Origin: Mesoplasma florum L1
GTDB taxonomy: Bacteria > Bacillota_I > Bacilli_A > Mycoplasmatales > Mycoplasmataceae
DNA: 32,000 nucleotides
Direction of reading: 5' to 3'
Assembly (NCBI RefSeq): GCF_000008305.1
Contig: NC_006055.1
Location: 570,001 to 602,000 of the forward strand
Positions 10,625-22,451 of the stretch are shown piece by piece. The notes beneath the pieces are model-generated. The model was not told where the DNA came from. It ran no database searches and was given only the letters and a program-made list of their open reading frames with translations. Position 1 is the stretch's first letter, and each line of letters starts with the position of its first letter. A program made the translations under genes and the position numbers.

Positions 10625-13283
10625 ATAATCATTCTTTAAATTTTTTGATGTATAGTTTTTTAACTAATTGTGCTAGAACTATATAAGTTCCAACAAATCC
10701 CAATGCTACAAATATAAATGATCAGTGTGGTGTTGACATTTGAACCAATTGATTAATTGGTGTAAATGGAATCAATATAGCAGCTAAACAAATCACAATA
10801 GTTGCTATTAACATTGACATTGAACATTTAGATTGTATAAATGGTGTTTTTTCAGTTCTATACACTTGCATTACAGCTGTTTGAGTCATTAATCCAACAA
10901 CAAATCAAGAAGCGTGGAATTGCATTGCATTAGTGCTTCCTTCAGGCACACTTCCTTGGAATGGCACTAATTTGTATCCGAATATTAAAACTAAGAATGT
11001 TGAAATATCAAATATAGAACTTATAGGTCCATTTATAACTGCAAACCATATTATATTTTTGGTTGTAAATGGTCTAGGTTTTTGTAAAAACTCTTCATCT
11101 ACATTATCAAAAACTAAAGCAAACATTACAAAGTCATATAATAAGTTTTGTAATAATAGATGTAATGCTAACATTGGCTCTTCTTTTGTTAAGAACAATG
11201 CAACAATAACAGATATAACGTTACCAAAGTTTGATGCAACTGTTACTTTAATGTATTTAAGCATATTAGCCAAACTCTTACGTCCTTCAATAACAGCATT
11301 TTCAATAGCCATTAATGATTCACTTGTTAAGATCATATCAGCTGCATCTTGAGCAATATTTGATGCTTCACTAAATGAAATAGCTACATCAGATTCTCTA
11401 AGAACTGGAGCATCATTAATTCCATCTCCCATGAAACCAACTACATGCCCTTGCGCTTGTAATGCTGCAATAATTGTTGATTTATGAATTGGTGATAATT
11501 TTACGAATACATTAGCTTCAACAACAGCTTTGTGTAATTGTCTATCATCCATAGCTTCAATTTCTGCACCAGAAAATAGTTTAGTAATTTCAAAATCAAC
11601 ATTTTTACAGATTGCTCTTGTAATAATTTCATTATCACCAGTAAGAACTTTTGTTGATATTCCTTTTGATGCTAAATTTTTAATTAATTTTTTTGAAGTT
11701 TTTTTAGGTTTATCAAAGAAAGTACCAAATCCATAAAAAATTAGTTCTTCTTCAACGTCTTCATCTTGTAAAACATTATGAGCTATACCAATTACTCGGT
11801 AACCATCAATGTTTAATTCATGAGTTTTTTTCAAAATCATTTTCTTTAGCTTAGCGTCTAATTTTTCTATTTTTCCATTAATAGAAATTCTATTACATAC
11901 TTTTAAAACTTCTTCTACTGCACCTTTTGTAAAAATTTCTTTATCTTTTTTACTAGTTAAAATTACAGATAAGATTTTTCTTTCAAAGTCAAAAGGTATT
12001 TCTCATTCTTTTGTATAATCATCTACATCAGGTTTTTTAATTTTTGATGACAAAACAGCACTATCAATAGGATTTTGGAATCCTGATTGGAAATAACTAT
12101 TTAGATATAAAACATTTTCTAAGAATTCTGATTTTTCACCATTAACTCCAGTTACTTTATCTAAACTAATTTCACCACTTGTAATAGTTCCTGTTTTATC
12201 TGTACATAAAATATCAATAGCACCTATGTTTTGTACTGAATTTAAATTTTTAACAATCATTTCACCATTTTTTTCAATTTGTTTGTAACCTCTTGTTAAG
12301 TTTGAAGTTACAATAATTGGTAACATTTCTGGTGTTATACCTACAGCAATAGCTATAGTAAACATTGCGCCCTTAACTCAATCTCCTTGTTGTAAACCTG
12401 AGATTAATAAAACAACAGGAATTACAGCAATCATAAATGCAATTAGGTATAATGTAATTCTTTTAATTCCTTTTTCAAATGAAGAACTTTTTCTTTTTTC
12501 TTTAACTTTGTTATCAATTAATGAGAAATAAGTTTTTTGCCCTGTAGCAACTACAATTGCTAATCCACTACCTGACATAACTTCTGTTCCCATATAACCA
12601 ATGTTTTCATAACTTAAATGAGATTCGAATTCTTTATCATGTGAATCTTTTTTTTGTACTGGGAAACTTTCACCAGTTAAAGATGATTGGTTAACATATA
12701 AATTATTTGATCAAATAATTCTAACATCAGCTGGAATAATATCTCCATTCACTAAATAGATAACATCTCCTGGAACTAACTCATCATTTTCAATAACTTC
12801 AGCTTCTTTAATCATTCTAATTGAATTAGCGTTATCTACTGATTTATAGTTGTATGAAATATTTCTTATGACTTTTGATGTTTTTTTATTCTCAGTTATC
12901 ATTCTTTTAATAACTAAATGAGATCTGATTTCTTGAATGAATGCCATTGTTCCACTAGCTAATATCATAATTAGCACAATAACAGCAGCCACTAGTGAAA
13001 ATGTATTTGGATCACTAACATACTCATAAAAGTTAAATGCATCGATCGCCATTAAAATAATATTAAATGGTGAAAAAAATGATTTAACAAATACAAGAAA
13101 AACATTAAATCTTGCTGGTTTTAATTCTTTACCACCAAATTTTTCTCTATTTACTTCAACTTGTTCATCGTTTAAACCAAAACTATTTACTTCAAATTGT
13201 TTTAGTAATTTATTATTATCAGAGTCTACATAATTGATTAATTCAATTTTTGTATTATTGTTTAATTTCTTTAGTTTTTTCAT
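10623..13283 (-). CDS. mgtA: Magnesium-type (P3B) P-type ATPase, MgtA-like (886 aa)
   Basis: LTGESFPVQK, LCTDKTGTITSGEISLD, LTGDNEII, GFMGDGINDAPVLRESDVAISF. N-terminus FGLNDEQVEVNREKFGGKEL. C-terminus matches MgtA/MgtB architecture (FHASWFVVGLMTQTAVMQVYRTEKTPF). Confidence 0.92.
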
Positions 13284-13321
13284 AAATTATCCTTTTCTAT
13301 GAATGCCTAAATACTAAAATT

Positions 13322-13402
13322 TTAACGATTAAAAAATAGTGATTTAAAAGCACTCTCAATAAAATTTAATCCTTTAAATAAACCCTGGGATGGAATACTC
13401 AT
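13322..13402 (-). CDS. 26-aa small ORF upstream of mgtA, candidate leader or regulatory peptide
   Basis: ATG...TAA encodes MSIPSQGLFKGLNFIESAFKSLFFNR. Strong SD (AGAGGTGATTTT-ATG). A TATGCTATAAT-like -10 lies just upstream. Confidence 0.55.
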   Translation of the reverse strand: MSIPSQGLFKGLNFIESAFKSLFFNR

Positions 13403-13484
13403 AAAATCACCTCTTTCATTTCTTATAGATTATAGCATAAAAAGTAAAATCCATAAAATATGAATTTATTATAGACATCAAAAA

Positions 13485-13516
13485 AAACATCAAGCCTTAG
13501 TTTTAGTTTGATGTTT
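13485..13516 (-). terminator. Rho-independent terminator after the ROK gene
   Basis: AAACATCAA ... TTGATGTTT stem with an 8-T run on the minus strand. Confidence 0.7.
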
Positions 13517-13523
13517 CTTCTTA

Positions 13524-14462
13524 TTATTTAATATTTTCTACAGCTCAGTAATAAGCTCCTCAAATTCCTGCGTCATTACCAAGTTTAGCTATTTCTATAA
13601 CCATATCTTCATAAAATGATTTTAAAGTATATTTTTTTAAATTTTCGAAAATTATTTCAGATATTCTTTCGCCTAAATTTGAAGGGCCACCTCCAATTAT
13701 TACTTTATCAACGTCTAAAACAGTTTGTAAATATCCAATAGCTTTAGATAAAGGCATTAAGCACTCTTTGAAAATGTTTATAATAACAGGATCTTCGTTA
13801 TTAAACAATTCAACAATATCAATAATTTTTATTGTCTTAAATTCTTTTCCAAATTTTGATTCAATGTAATTCTTGTTATCAGTTTTATTAAGTTCACGCT
13901 CTATACCTGTAGCACTACTTTTTGCTTCTAAACAACCATAAACACCACATGAGCAAAGTAATTCTTCATCAGCGAAACAACCACCATGGCCACCTTCACT
14001 TGCGTATCCTTTTTTAGTTCCTTCTCAAATTTGTTTATTTAAAATTAAACCATGACCAACTCCAGTTCCTAAAGTGAACAGCATCATAGATTCTGGTATA
14101 CCATCTTGACCTTTTTTTCATTCACCATAAGTTGCAGCATTGGCATCATTTAAAATAAATATTTTTTCAAAATTGAATATTCTTCTTGCTTCTTTTAAAA
14201 GAGGATAATTTCATCAATTTAAATTACCTGCAAAAACAATAATTTCAGTTTTTTTATCGTATGCGCCAGGCACAGAAAAAGATATTGCTTCAATATTTTC
14301 TCATTTATAGCCATTTTCTTTAAAATAAATATCTATCATTTTCTTTAAATTTTCAATTATTTCAAATTTTGGTGTTTCAACAAAAAACTTACTTTTTATT
14401 TCGAAGTTTTCAATAAGTGCGCATTTAGCTGAATTTCCACCTAAATCAATATTTAGTATCAT
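13524..14462 (-). CDS. ROK family sugar kinase, likely glucokinase (312 aa)
   Basis: MILNIDLGGNSAKCALI...SFSVPGAYD...GTGVGHGLILN...EGGHGGCFADEELLCSCGVYGCLEAKSSATGI. ROK signature and Cys cluster. Confidence 0.87.
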
Positions 14463-14478
14463 TTTATTTCTCCTAATT

Positions 14479-14832
14479 TTATAATATGTGTCTTGTACTT
14501 AAATAAATTTTTCTATATGTGTAAATTCCATACAGGAAAGCAAAAATATTTAGTGTTAATAGCTCAAATATTATTAAAATAAACATTGTTTTCATTGATT
14601 TTTCATTTAAATAACTTCCATATATATCAATCTTATATATAGCTTGTCAGCAGTACAATGCACTTACTATAGTTTGGATAAAAACTATACAAGGTAATAT
14701 TCATCAAAAAGGAAACTGTTTTACAACCCCAATATAAATACAACTAATTATAAAAAGTAAAGTTGAAACAATGAAAACTGCAATACTTGAATTAAGCGAA
14801 AATCTTGCCTTTTCACGATCATTATATCTCAT
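14479..14832 (-). CDS. Small membrane protein, hypothetical (117 aa)
   Basis: MRYNDREKARFSLNSSIAVFIVSTLLFIISCIYIGVVKQFPFWWILPCIVFIQTIVSALYCWQAIYKIDIYGSYLNEKSMKTMFILIIFELLTLNIFAFLYGIYTYRKIYLSTRHIL. GAAAGGAAA SD. Confidence 0.75.
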
Positions 14833-14837
14833 TGTTT

Positions 14838-16457
14838 TTATTTCCTTTCGATTGCTATTACTTGATAAGGTTTTAAAGAATCAAAACTAAAATCTTCATA
14901 ATTATTTAAAATTATTTTTCAATTATTGCTATCTAGTTTTAATTTTATCAATTTATTTTCAGTTGTTCAGTTTGTTAATATAATTATTTCTTTATCTTTT
15001 AATTTTCTACAATATGCATAATCCTGATTTTCAAAAAAGCTAATTGTTCCATCATTAAATACTTCTTCATTTAATCTTAAATTAATTACTTTTTTGTAAA
15101 AATTTAAAACAGATTTATCATCATTTAATTGGTTTTTAACATTGATTGTTTTGTAATTTTTATTAACAAATAAATCTATATTTTCTTTTTCTGAAAATCC
15201 AGCATTGAATTCATCATTTCATTGCATCACACTTCTTGCATTGTCTCTTGATTTAATTCTTAAAATATCAAGTACTTCTTCTTCTGATTTTATTTTTAAT
15301 AAATCATTAGCATTTCCAATTGATTCAACATCTTTAAATTCATTAAGGTTATTAAAAGTTAAATTTGTCATACCAATTTCTTCGCCTTGATAAATGAATG
15401 GAACTCCACGCATTAATGAAGTAAATGCAAAAATAGAAGTTGCACTTTCATATCAATATTTATCTACATTTCCAAATCTTGAAACAGCTCTTGGTTGATC
15501 ATGATTATTCATAAATAAAGCTAAAGTAGAATTTTCTAATTGATAATATTCTTGTCATTCTTTTTGTAATTTTCAAAACAAGTTTAAATCAGGTTTAACA
15601 TTTGTTCATTTGTCATTATTTTCATAATCAACTTTTAGATGTAAGAATGTAAAAACTGAATCAAGCTCTTTATTTTCTACCTTAGCATATTTAGCTGATT
15701 TTTCTTTAGTTGTTGATGAAACTTCACCAACTGTAAATATTTCATTATCAGTTCCAAAAACTTCATTATGCATCAAGTTAAAATACTCTTCAACTTTTAC
15801 TCCATCTGTATAGAATCTTCGCCCATCCCCAATTTCATCATTTTCAAATAATGTGGGTTTGCTATAAAGATTACAAACATCAAGTCTGAAACCACTAATA
15901 CCTTTATCTTTTCAAAACTTTAATATATTAATTAGTTCATTTCTAACTTCTGGATTTTCTCAATTTAAATCTGGTTGTTCTTTTGTAAATAAATGTAAAT
16001 AGTATTTATTTAGATTAGGTACAAATTCTCAACTTAAACCACCCATTTTACTTTTTCAATTAGTTGGCTCTTTACCATCGACTGGATCTTTAAAAATATA
16101 ATAATTCATATATTTTTCATCACCAGCTAAAGCTTTTTTAAATCATTCGTGTTGGTCAGAAGTATGATTGAAAACTATATCTAAAACAATTGTTAAATCT
16201 CTTTTCTTTGCTTCAGATATAAGAATTTCCACTTCTTCCATAGTACCAAATTCTTCATTTATTCCACAATAATCTGAAACATCATAACCACTATCTTTAA
16301 AAGGTGATTTTGTAAAGGGAGATATTCATATTCTAGTTATGCCTAAACTTTTTAAATAATCTAATTTATTTATTATACCTTTGATATTTCCTTTACCTTT
16401 TTTCTTACCATCAGAAAAAGTTAAAGGGAATATCTGATAAATTACTTCATTTCTCAT
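14838..16457 (-). CDS. treC: GH13 alpha-glucosidase, likely trehalose-6-phosphate hydrolase or oligo-1,6-glucosidase (539 aa)
   Basis: NEVIYQIFPLTFSDGKKKGKGNIKGIINKLDYLKSLGITRIWISPPFTKSPFKDSGYDVSDY, FRLDVCN, NHDQPRAVSRFG, GVPFIYQGEEIGMTN. Next to the trehalose-type EIIBC. Confidence 0.8.
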
Positions 16458-16502
16458 TTTTTCCCTTTTTCTATTTAGTTTTATTTTAATATTATTTTAA
16501 TA

Positions 16503-18062
16503 TTATTTTAGTAATTCTGCTGCTTTTACTTCGATATTGAATTTTTCGAAATATTTAACTTTTGAGAATACCATTGTTAATCCTATTGAAACTGCTGCTG
16601 TTAATATCATTGATATCATAAATCATGTATAACCAGTTCCAATTCAAGTATTAACACCTTCAATTTTTGATTCAACTTGAACATTTAAAATTCCTAATCA
16701 CGCACCATTTCCTGAGTTAGTTGCACTAACACCTGAAATAACTGCTAATTCTAATCCTAAACCTGTTGCAATTGAAGCTGCTACAAATGGATACATATGT
16801 TTTAAGTTAACACCATACATTGCTGGTTCAGTAACTCCTAGATAAGCTGAAACAACTGATGGAATACCTACATCTTTTGCTCTTGGATCTTTTTTGTTAA
16901 CTAATATTCAACCAAGAACAGCACTTCCTTGAGCAATAGCTTGAGCACATGTTCCAATAAATAAGAAGTTTCCTCCATTTTGTATTGTGTCTTGTACAAA
17001 CACTGCATTAAATAAGTGGTGAACTCCTGTTAATACAATTGGTGCATACGCCATACCAATTATAAATCCGAAGAAGTATTTTGCAATGTTATTTGTAAAT
17101 GCTCATGAAATAGCAAAACTGATAACTGATGCAACTATAAATCCTGCAGGACCAATTACAAACATAGCTAATGTAAATGTTGGTAAAATTGTTACTAACG
17201 GAACAACAATTTGACTTACAACTGCTGGTGATGTTCTTTTAATTCATTTATTGATATAAGCACCAACAATACCAATAGCAAACGCAGGAATAACTTGCGC
17301 TGTATATTGAATTTTTCAAGGATATTTCATGAAACCTCAGTCAAAGGCTCCATCATCCATACCTGCCATAATTTGTCAGATTCATTTAAATCCACCATCT
17401 TGTGAAGCTTCACCAGAAACTTCATAAACGTTCATTAAAGGTGGAACTAATAAACATAGTCCAACAACAATTCCCATAACTTGGTCAGCTTCCATTTTTC
17501 TAAAAATACTTCAGCATAAATGAACTGGAAGTCATCAGAAACAAACTTGAGCTGGAATTCATAAGAAGTCATCAAGTCCTTGTCAGAATTGACCAGATTT
17601 AACAATTATAAAGCCATTAAAATCTGCTTCTAAAATATTTCTAAATCCTAGGATTATCCCACCTGCTACTAAAACAGGAATAATTGGAATAAATACTTCT
17701 CCTAAAAAGTTAAGTGATTTTAAGAATCACCCACCATTATTTTGGTTTGCGATGGCTTTAGCTTTTTCCTTAGAAACAGCTTCAACCCCTGAAACAGCTA
17801 CAAACTCTTTAAAGTATTTTTCAACTTCTGTTCCAATGATAATTTGATATTGACCAGAAGATTTAAAAGTACCTTTAACACTTGGCATTGTTTCAACTTT
17901 TGCTTTATTAATTAGATTTTCATCTTTAATAACAAGTCTTAGTCTTGTCAAACAGTGAGTTGCTGAAATAATATTTTCAGAACCACCAAGATATTCAACA
18001 AGTTCTTTTGATCAAGCTTTTAAATCAATCTTTACTTGTGGTAATTTTTCTTTTTTACCCAT
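16503..18062 (-). CDS. treB: PTS glucoside-family EIIBC, trehalose-type (519 aa)
   Basis: EIIB motif ISATHCLTRLRLVIKDE...VKGTFKSSGQYQIIIG, then an EIIC domain with VLTGVHHLFNAV and GVTEPAMYGVNLKHMYPFVAA. No EIIA domain. Confidence 0.8.
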
Positions 18063-18078
18063 AATCTTTGCCTTTCTA

Positions 18079-18094
18079 TTGGAAACATTTCCAA
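18079..18094. promoter_or_regulatory. Candidate LacI-family operator
   Basis: Perfect 16-bp palindrome TTGGAAACATTTCCAA between a TATAAT-like -10 and the treB SD, 31 bp from the lacI-type gene stop. Confidence 0.65.
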
Positions 18095-18124
18095 CACTAT
18101 TATTATATATAAAAAAATAAACTA

Positions 18125-19072
18125 TTAAATAATTTTGAAGAAATTTTCCATTTTCTTTTCTTTATTTAATAATTTATTCCCAATTTGATATCCTATTAAA
18201 AAGTAATCAATAAAGATATTTATGTCTGAATTAGTTAAATATTGACTTTTTCCCATTCTTCCAATATCAGTTGTAATAAAATTGTTTCTTATTTTATTTT
18301 CCATTAAATGACCATACACATACATTGATATAGTATGTGTTGCGCTTACTATAATTTTAGGATTATAGTCTTTTATTATTTTGTGAATAATTTCTTCAAC
18401 ATCTTCAAAAGAATTTTGTTTTAATAAGTAATTTTGAACTTTATTGTTTTTAATATTTTCTGTAAAAGATTCAGATCTATATTTTCCTGTTGTAATGTCT
18501 TCTTTGTTTAGACCAATAAATGCAACTTTTTCATTTTTATAGTCAGTTTCAATTTTTAAAGCTAGTTCTTTAAACATTTCTTTATCATCAATGTTAACAG
18601 ATTTAACTCCTTCAATATTTCTGTTATAAACAATTAAGTTAGTTGATTTTATATCTTGAATTTGTAGTATTAAATCTTTAGAAGTATGTTTGGGTAATAA
18701 TAAAACAATTCCAAACGGGTTTCTCATTGTTAAATATTTTAAATCTTTTTGATAAATTTCACTTTCAGATGATGAAAGAAAAATAAAGAAATTAATATTA
18801 TCAGCTGTTAATGAACTCTTGACACCATTAACAATTTCCATATTAGCTGTCTCATCGTTATTGTAAGGCAATATTAAATAAACATCTTTACTAGGCTTTT
18901 TAATATTAGATGCTGCAAAATTAGGGACATAGTCAGTTTCGTTTAAAACTTTATTGATTTTTGATTTAGCTTCTTCAGAAATATTGTAATCATTAAAATA
19001 TCTAGAAACAGTTCCTATTCCAACACCAGCTTTTTTAGCAATATCATGATAAGTCATTTTTGTTTTTTTCAT
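18125..19072 (-). CDS. LacI family transcriptional regulator (315 aa)
   Basis: MTYHDIAKKAGVGIGTVSRYFNDYNISEEAKSKINKVLNETDYVPNFAASNI helix-turn-helix followed by a periplasmic-binding-like domain. Confidence 0.93.
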   Translation of the reverse strand: MKKTKMTYHDIAKKAGVGIGTVSRYFNDYNISEEAKSKINKVLNETDYVPNFAASNIKKPSKDVYLILPYNNDETANMEIVNGVKSSLTADNINFFIFLSSSESEIYQKDLKYLTMRNPFGIVLLLPKHTSKDLILQIQDIKSTNLIVYNRNIEGVKSVNIDDKEMFKELALKIETDYKNEKVAFIGLNKEDITTGKYRSESFTENIKNNKVQNYLLKQNSFEDVEEIIHKIIKDYNPKIIVSATHTISMYVYGHLMENKIRNNFITTDIGRMGKSQYLTNSDINIFIDYFLIGYQIGNKLLNKEKKMENFFKII

Positions 19073-19128
19073 ATAATCCCTTTTATTTGTTTTCTATAAA
19101 TTAATTATATTACTTTTAACAAACAAAA

Positions 19129-19148
19129 AGAGTGCTTAATGGCACTCT
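19129..19148 (-). terminator. Rho-independent terminator after gpmI
   Basis: AGAGTGC-CATTAA-GCACTCT followed by TTTTTG on the minus strand. Confidence 0.75.
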
Positions 19149-19160
19149 AAATTTTATAAA

Positions 19161-20759
19161 TTATTTTTTGATAATCATTGAAGGTTGAGTCATTTCTTTA
19201 GGAATTTCTAATCCCATAATATCTAAAATTGTTGGTGCAACTTTAGCTATAGCTGGATCAAAATCACTTAACTCAATTGTTTTATCAGTAACAATTATTG
19301 GAACTAAACTAGTTGTGTGTTTTTTGTTAGGTCCTCCAGTTTCATCGATCATGATTTCTGCATTACCATGATCAGCTGTAATAACCATTACACCATTGTG
19401 TTTTAAAACAAATTCATCGTGAATACGTTTTAATTGTTCATCTAAAACTTTTACACCTTTAACAGTTGCATCATTATTACCTGTATGACCAACCATGTCA
19501 CAGTTAGCGAAGTTTAATACGATTAAATCAAATTCATCTTTTTTAACTTCTTCTAATAATTTATCTGTAATTTCAACAGCTGACATTTCTGGTTTTAAAT
19601 CATAAGTTGCAACTTTTGGTGATGAAATTAAATCAATACTTGCATGAGGTAAAGAAATTTCTTCAGGTTTTGCTAAACCATTTTTAAAGTAATCGTTTCC
19701 TCCGTCAAAGAAGAAAGTAACGTGAGCAATTTTTTCAGTTTCAGCAATTCTTAATTGTTTTAATCCTAAACTTGAAATGTATTCTCCTAAAGTATTAGTT
19801 AATGGAGTTGGTGGATATGCTATAAATTGTGAAGTTACACTATCTGCATATTTCATTGTCGAAACAAATCTAATTTTGTCTCCAATAAATTCAACATCTT
19901 TGAATGCTTCATCATTTCATGCTGGATAATTATTATTTGTCATGATTGATGCCATTTGAATAGCACGATCAGGACGGAAGTTAGTAAAGATCATAGCATC
20001 ATTTGCTTTTAATTCTGAATCAACAACACTTGCATTATAAGCAGGAACAATCATTTCATCATCTAATCCATTTTCATATGCTGCTTTAACATATTCAATT
20101 GGGTCTGTAAATTTAGGTTGATCAACTTTTCTTTCAGTCATTGTTATATATGCTGCTGCACTTCTTTCAAATCTTTTATCACGATCCATTGCAAAATATC
20201 TTCCACTAATTGAAGCTATTTCACCAATGTTGTTGTTATCTTTAATAACTTGTAATAATTGATTAATATATTGTTCTGCAACTTTTGGTGCTGTATCTCT
20301 ACCATCAGTAATTAAATCAAATTTAATATTTGTTAAACCAAATTTAACTGCTGCTTTATACATTGAAATCATATGATTCATATGAGAGTGAACTCCACCA
20401 TCTGAGAATAATCCCATTAAGTGCAATGCACTATTGTGTTCTTTAACATATTTAAATGTATCCACTAATACTTCGTTTGTTAAAAATCCATCAACTTTAA
20501 CTTCATGATTTAGTTTTGCTAAAGATTCCATGTTAATTCTTCCAGCACCTAAATGAATATGCCCTACTTCTGAGTTACCCATTTGTCCTTCTGGTAAACC
20601 TACTCATTCACCTGAAGCATGTGCTTTAACTCATGGATACATACCCATCATTTCTTTTACAAATTTTTGATCAGCATTAGCAACTGCATTACCAACACCA
20701 GCTTCTTCAATTCCTCAACCATCTAAAATGGCTAAGATAACAGGTTTTTTAACATTCAT
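19161..20759 (-). CDS. gpmI: 2,3-bisphosphoglycerate-independent phosphoglycerate mutase (532 aa)
   Basis: MNVKKPVILAILDGWGI...GQMGNSEVGHIHLGAGR, GLFSDGGVHSHMNHM, ISGRYFAMDRD, VITADHGNAE, TTSLVPIIV. Confidence 0.96.
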
Positions 20760-20774
20760 TTTTATTTCTCCTTG

Positions 20775-21596
20775 TTATTTATTTAAAATGTACTTGTTAA
20801 CAAATTCTGCAACAGCACCTTCTGTATTTTCTTTATCTATATAGACTTGAGCAACTTCTTTAATTCTTGGTTCTGAATTTTTTAAAGCTACTCCAATTCC
20901 AGCATGTTCAATCATTGGTAAATCATTCATACCATCACCCATTGCAGCAATGTTTTCTAATGGAATATTAAAGTATTCTGACAATCAATCAATCGCAAAT
21001 TTTTTATTAATTCCTGGCGCATTGATTTCAGCAATTTTTCCATCATTAGTTGCAATATTTAAATTGAACTCTTTTTCAAATTTTTCATAAAGATCATAAT
21101 TACCGTTGAATCCTAAAATTTTGAAAAAGTCAAAATTAAAATTATCTTTAACATCTTCATAGATTAGATATTCTCCATCAAAAAATCTTCCTTCTCAATG
21201 ACATTCTTCATTATAAACATCATTAACTTTTCTTGAAAGAATAACTGTATTTAAATCATCAACATATCCTCATAGAATTGTATCTGTATTTTTAACTTCT
21301 TCAAATAATTGTTTAGCTTGGTCAGATTTAATTGGACTACTTTTTAAAACCTTTTCAGTATTTAAATCATAAATACATCCAGAGTTACATCCAATTAAAA
21401 TTGCATTCTCTTCGGCCAAATTATGAGCTTTTAAATTATTTGGTTTTGCTAAAACTGGTCTTCCAGTAACAAAAGCTACTTTAGTACCAGTTTTAATAGC
21501 ATCTTGTAATGGCTTAATATTAGATTCGATAATATTTCCCATCTTGTGATAAGAAGTACCATCCATATCTAAAACTAAAAGCTTAATTTCATTCAT
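20775..21596 (-). CDS. HAD superfamily (Cof-type) hydrolase (273 aa)
   Basis: MNEIKLLVLDMDGTSYHK...VAFVTGRP...NIAAMGDGMNDLPMIEHAGIGVALKN. Confidence 0.88.
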
Positions 21597-21599
21597 TAA

Positions 21600-22346
21600 T
21601 TATTTTTTGTAATTGATTAATGCAATAAAATCATCAGCTTTTAATGAAGCTCCACCAACAAGTGCTCCATCAATGTTTGGTTGTGACATTAATTCAGCAA
21701 TGTTTGATGGGTTAACACTTCCACCATATTGAATAGTAATTTGTTGTGCAGTTTTTTCGTCATAAATTTTTGTTAAATTTTTACGAATAGCTTCACACAC
21801 TTTTTCAGCATCTTCACTTGTTGCAGTTTTACCTGTTCCAATAGCTCAGATTGGTTCATAAGCAATAATTGTTTTTAATGCATCCTCTGCACTAATTCCT
21901 TTATATGCTTTTTTAATTTGTGCGTTTACAAATGTAACAGTTTTTTTAGCTTCTTTAGTTTCTAAAGTTTCACCACAACAAATAATTGGTGTGATTCCTG
22001 CAGCTAATAATGCAGTAGCTTTTTTGTTTACTGTTTCATCAGTTTCAGCAAACATTTCTCTTCTTTCTGAGTGACCAATAATAACGTATTGTACTCCTAC
22101 TTCTTGTAACATTGAAATTGAAACTTCTCCAGTAAATGCTCCTTTTTCAGCAAAGTGAACATTTTGTGCAGCAACTTTAACATTTTTTGCTTTTTCAATT
22201 CCTTTTGATAATAATGTAAATGGTAATCCTAATCCTGCAACTACATCTGATTTTTTAGCAGCCTTGTCAACTTTTTTTAAGAAAGTAACAAGTTCAGCAT
22301 TAGTTCCGTTCATTTTTCAATTTCCGAAAATTACTTTTTGTCTCAT
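21600..22346 (-). CDS. tpiA: Triosephosphate isomerase (248 aa)
   Basis: [14 protein letters not shown]...[45 protein letters not shown]. Confidence 0.97.
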
Positions 22347-22416
22347 GATATTTCTCCTCTTGTTTTTTTGTACATTTTTAATTATATAACAATAAGAAAA
22401 TCAATGAAATAAAAAA

Positions 22417-22440
22417 GATAACAACATTTAAGTTGTTATC
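22417..22440 (-). terminator. Hairpin/terminator downstream of the tpiA promoter side and lipoprotein stop region
   Basis: GATAACAAC-ATTTAA-GTTGTTATC perfect 9-bp stem, just downstream of the lipoprotein gene, with an A-rich (+) flank giving a T-run on the minus strand. Confidence 0.75.
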
Positions 22441-22451
22441 AAAAAATATTT

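Noticed and set aside
16471-16512. Tandem TTTAATATTATTTTAATATTATTTTA repeat near the treB stop
   Set aside because: It is short AT-rich low-complexity sequence. There are no spacers or periodicity consistent with a CRISPR or mobile element.
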